DNA of 14,949 bases from Okeania sp. Its GTDB lineage: Bacteria > Cyanobacteriota > Cyanobacteriia > Cyanobacteriales > Microcoleaceae. The stretch spans positions 1 to 14,949 of the forward strand of contig NZ_JAYKGW010000133.1 in NCBI RefSeq assembly GCF_035285525.1. Reading direction: 5' to 3'. Within the stretch, counting starts at the first letter, position 1. Every line of letters starts with the position of its first letter. A model generated the notes under the pieces. That model saw nothing but the letters and a program-made list of their open reading frames with translations. It had not been told where the DNA came from and did no database searches. The translations under genes were made by a program, and so were the position numbers. Of this stretch, positions 12,623-14,949 are shown piece after piece.

Positions 12623-14949
12623 CACGAACCACACCACCACCAACAGGACGCACATCTTCATCAGAAAATGGAGTTGTACCACCTTTCCAGTTGAAGTCAC
12701 TTATCCGCAGGCTAAATGTACCAGTTTGTCGTCTAGGACGAAAACTTAATACTACCCCATAAGTACGACGACTATATTCTAATGTAATTCGATCATCCAA
12801 AATATCACCATTTTCTAAATTCACACCAGTCTGATAACCAACCCGAAAACTTTTATAAATTTGTTGGACTAAACCAAACAAAAGGACACTTGTATCTGCC
12901 ACCCGGTCAAAGAAAAAAGGTGACTCACCACTTAAACTCGTCTGACTATAAGTTATGTTAAATCCAGTATAATCAAAAAAGTCTTTGGAAAAATTCCCAA
13001 ATTGCCCAATAAATCCAAGACTACCACGGACAAAAGATTGGTCTTCACCATTACTATAAAGGCTAGTAGCACCTGTAAGTCCTAACACCATTCGTACAAA
13101 TGGAACTACTGGTTTGCTCGTATACTTCAAACCCTCAGTTGGAGTTGCTGGTAATGGTTTACCCTCCCAAATAGTTAGTGGGTATCTCACAGACACTACA
13201 CCCTGGAAACGACTGAGGTCAGCTCGCGATCTCGGATTGCTATCATCATCATCACTATCAGGTATAGGTTCAAATGGTTGGAGTTCAGTTAACAACTCTC
13301 GGCGATCTGTTCTCGCATTAATTGATTGATATCCAGTCTGAAAACTAAGTTCAGCATCAGTTTCACCTATTTTGATCTTGGGGGATGTCAGGACAAAACC
13401 CGCACTTGTGTGAACAGTTTGAAATCCTAAACTACCATTAAATAAGCGATCGCGATAACTATACTCCCCAGTCAAATCATAACCTTGGTATGACTGTCTG
13501 AGGCGAATACTACCTCGGAAGTCTTCTTCATCCAAGTCAGGAAAATCTTTAAATGTCAAAATTGTAGCTCGTCCTTCTACTTGAGTTGTTGGTGTTATCG
13601 CACCATCAACAGAAGCTTTGAGACCAAAAACGTTACCATTTATGGGGGAGTCCCCTTCACCACCAAAAAATGCTCTTTCTAGATAGTATTGAGGAGTTAA
13701 CTTAATCCTGATCGGACCTGGAATAAAAGGTTCAAATGTACTTTCAATAAATAAACCACCCCTATCTTCTTGATCGTAACCAACCTGGATGGGGAATGGA
13801 TCTCGTTGTCGGCGATCGATAATTGTTCGTTCCCGAAGTAATGGTACACTAAAACCTTGGTCAAATACTAACCTGGCTTTTTTCGTGATCAGTTCATCCT
13901 GAAAGGGAGATAGAGGTCGAAGTGTAGCACGCTCTGACCTTAATTCTACCTCTGGAGGTGAAAATGGGTCATTAGTTAGTCGCAAATTTGTTGCTTCCCA
14001 AGTACCAGCACCCAATAAGTTCAGGCGATCAGCTTCAAAACGCATTCGGTTAACTGTTCCTGTCTGCTGGGGTGCTTCTAGTTTTGGTTCAAATGTAAAT
14101 TTTGCCGCTCCCGCAGATTTGACTTTGGTTGGAGGTTGAGTAGCAGCAATGGTCTCACTCAATGATCTTGCTCCTAATGCTCCTACTCCTTCTGTGGTAG
14201 GTAAGGATGATGCACTTTCTTCGGCTTGACCAACAAAAACAACTCCACTTGCTTTTTCGATAGAGCCTCTATCAAGAACGAAGTTATATTCCATCCGTTC
14301 CCCAAGCAAAACTTGTTGTCCTTGAGTAAAAATAGTATTTCCAGTTGCTAGAAGTTGACGAGTTATCAGATTAACTTGTACTTTATCAGCACTGACTATT
14401 CCTTGACTAAATCTTACTGTCACGTTACCTACTGCAGTAATAAGTTGTTGTTGCTCGTTATATTCTTGACTTTCTGCGGTTACTTCAACTACATCTGCTT
14501 GTAAGGGTATTTGGATAGTTTCTCTATCTTCTTTTTTATCCTTTTTTTTATTCTTTGAGTCTTTATTTGGAGATTCTAATATAGAGTTAGGGTTTTTTTC
14601 TTTTTTGTCTTCTGATTCTAGGGTATCAGTTTCGCGAGTCGGTTCTTCGTCTTGAGGAAGATTTGGCAGTTCTGCAGTATTATTTTTGCTGGTAGTTTCC
14701 TCTATCTGAAGTTTTGTAGAAATTGGTGGTTTTGTGTTACTCCAGCTTTCTAATTTTTTGGTACTATCAAAACTGAATAAATTTTTTGGTTGAGTAGTTT
14801 GTGATTTTCTTACGGTTCCCGGCAAATCAGATACAGCATATTCTGAGAAGTCTGAAAATGAAATGGATGAGAATATTGATTTTTGAGTTGGAGATTCTGA
14901 TGCTGGTACATAGTTAAATTTTTTTTCTTTTTTATCTTCTGATTCTGAG
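12618..14949 (-). CDS. OstA/LptD-like outer-membrane protein (cyanobacterial DUF3769-type), 5' end outside the window
   Basis: OstA-like N-domain (VTAESQEYNEQQQLITAVGNVTVRFSQGIVSADKVQVNL...ATGNTIFTQGQQVLLGERMEYNF), followed by a long region of alternating beta-strand character ending ...FSLRISDFNW. The frame stays open from the track's TTG at 14825 to the window edge (…SESEDKKEKKFNYVPASESPTQKS…), so the gene is probably truncated here. Confidence 0.65.
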   Translation of the reverse strand, partial: SESEDKKEKKFNYVPASESPTQKSIFSSISFSDFSEYAVSDLPGTVRKSQTTQPKNLFSFDSTKKLESWSNTKPPISTKLQIEETTSKNNTAELPNLPQDEEPTRETDTLESEDKKEKNPNSILESPNKDSKNKKKDKKEDRETIQIPLQADVVEVTAESQEYNEQQQLITAVGNVTVRFSQGIVSADKVQVNLITRQLLATGNTIFTQGQQVLLGERMEYNFVLDRGSIEKASGVVFVGQAEESASSLPTTEGVGALGARSLSETIAATQPPTKVKSAGAAKFTFEPKLEAPQQTGTVNRMRFEADRLNLLGAGTWEATNLRLTNDPFSPPEVELRSERATLRPLSPFQDELITKKARLVFDQGFSVPLLRERTIIDRRQRDPFPIQVGYDQEDRGGLFIESTFEPFIPGPIRIKLTPQYYLERAFFGGEGDSPINGNVFGLKASVDGAITPTTQVEGRATILTFKDFPDLDEEDFRGSIRLRQSYQGYDLTGEYSYRDRLFNGSLGFQTVHTSAGFVLTSPKIKIGETDAELSFQTGYQSINARTDRRELLTELQPFEPIPDSDDDDSNPRSRADLSRFQGVVSVRYPLTIWEGKPLPATPTEGLKYTSKPVVPFVRMVLGLTGATSLYSNGEDQSFVRGSLGFIGQFGNFSKDFFDYTGFNITYSQTSLSGESPFFFDRVADTSVLLFGLVQQIYKSFRVGYQTGVNLENGDILDDRITLEYSRRTYGVVLSFRPRRQTGTFSLRISDFNWKGGTTPFSDEDVRPVGGGVVRE

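Noticed and set aside
12121-13329. Plus-strand ORFs 12121-12315 and 13114-13329
   Set aside because: They are antisense to the conserved hypothetical and LptD-like genes. The first ends in repeat-derived KKPGF peptides.
1-14949. tRNA, rRNA, prophage, toxin-antitoxin, restriction-modification or other defence loci
   Set aside because: Reading both strands revealed no cloverleaf-like sequences, rRNA signatures, or ORFs with nuclease, methylase, integrase or toxin motifs. Gene composition is uniform and does not suggest a horizontally acquired island.

Overview
This window looks like chromosomal DNA from a filamentous, Nostocales-like cyanobacterium. The evidence is four HIP1 octamers (GCGATCGC at 4924, 10384, 11702, 13446), STRR-like tandem heptamer arrays, GGGCGGGTTT/AAACCCGCCC palindromic elements, a phycobiliprotein lyase gene and a FurA-type regulator. 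Gene content is mostly housekeeping. The + strand carries the conserved ffh - rpsP - KH-domain (ylqC-like) - phoH run, then a small ChuX/HutX-like gene and fur. The - strand carries a 5-repeat peptidoglycan-binding protein convergent with fur, an ECF-like sigma factor, a conserved hypothetical and a large OstA/LptD-like outer-membrane protein that runs off the right edge. A cpcS/cpeS-type lyase sits on the + strand between them. About a third of the window is AT-rich intergenic DNA packed with several families of short dispersed, tandem and palindromic repeats. I see no transposase, CRISPR array, tRNA/rRNA or recognisable defence or biosynthetic multi-gene system, and I cannot honestly point to a clear novel system. 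The items most worth a second look are: (1) the fur / PG-binding convergent pair, which matches the known Anabaena alpha-furA antisense architecture but has a repeat-filled 482-bp spacer; (2) a FurA ortholog whose second CXXC motif appears degenerate; (3) a ~200-nt GC-rich, repeat-containing island inside a 1.6-kb ORF-free region upstream of ffh, a candidate structured RNA; (4) a ~200-nt stretch where the rpsP tail and the KH-gene 5' end are both open in different frames; and (5) a perfect-register 111-bp tandem duplication abutting a gene start.
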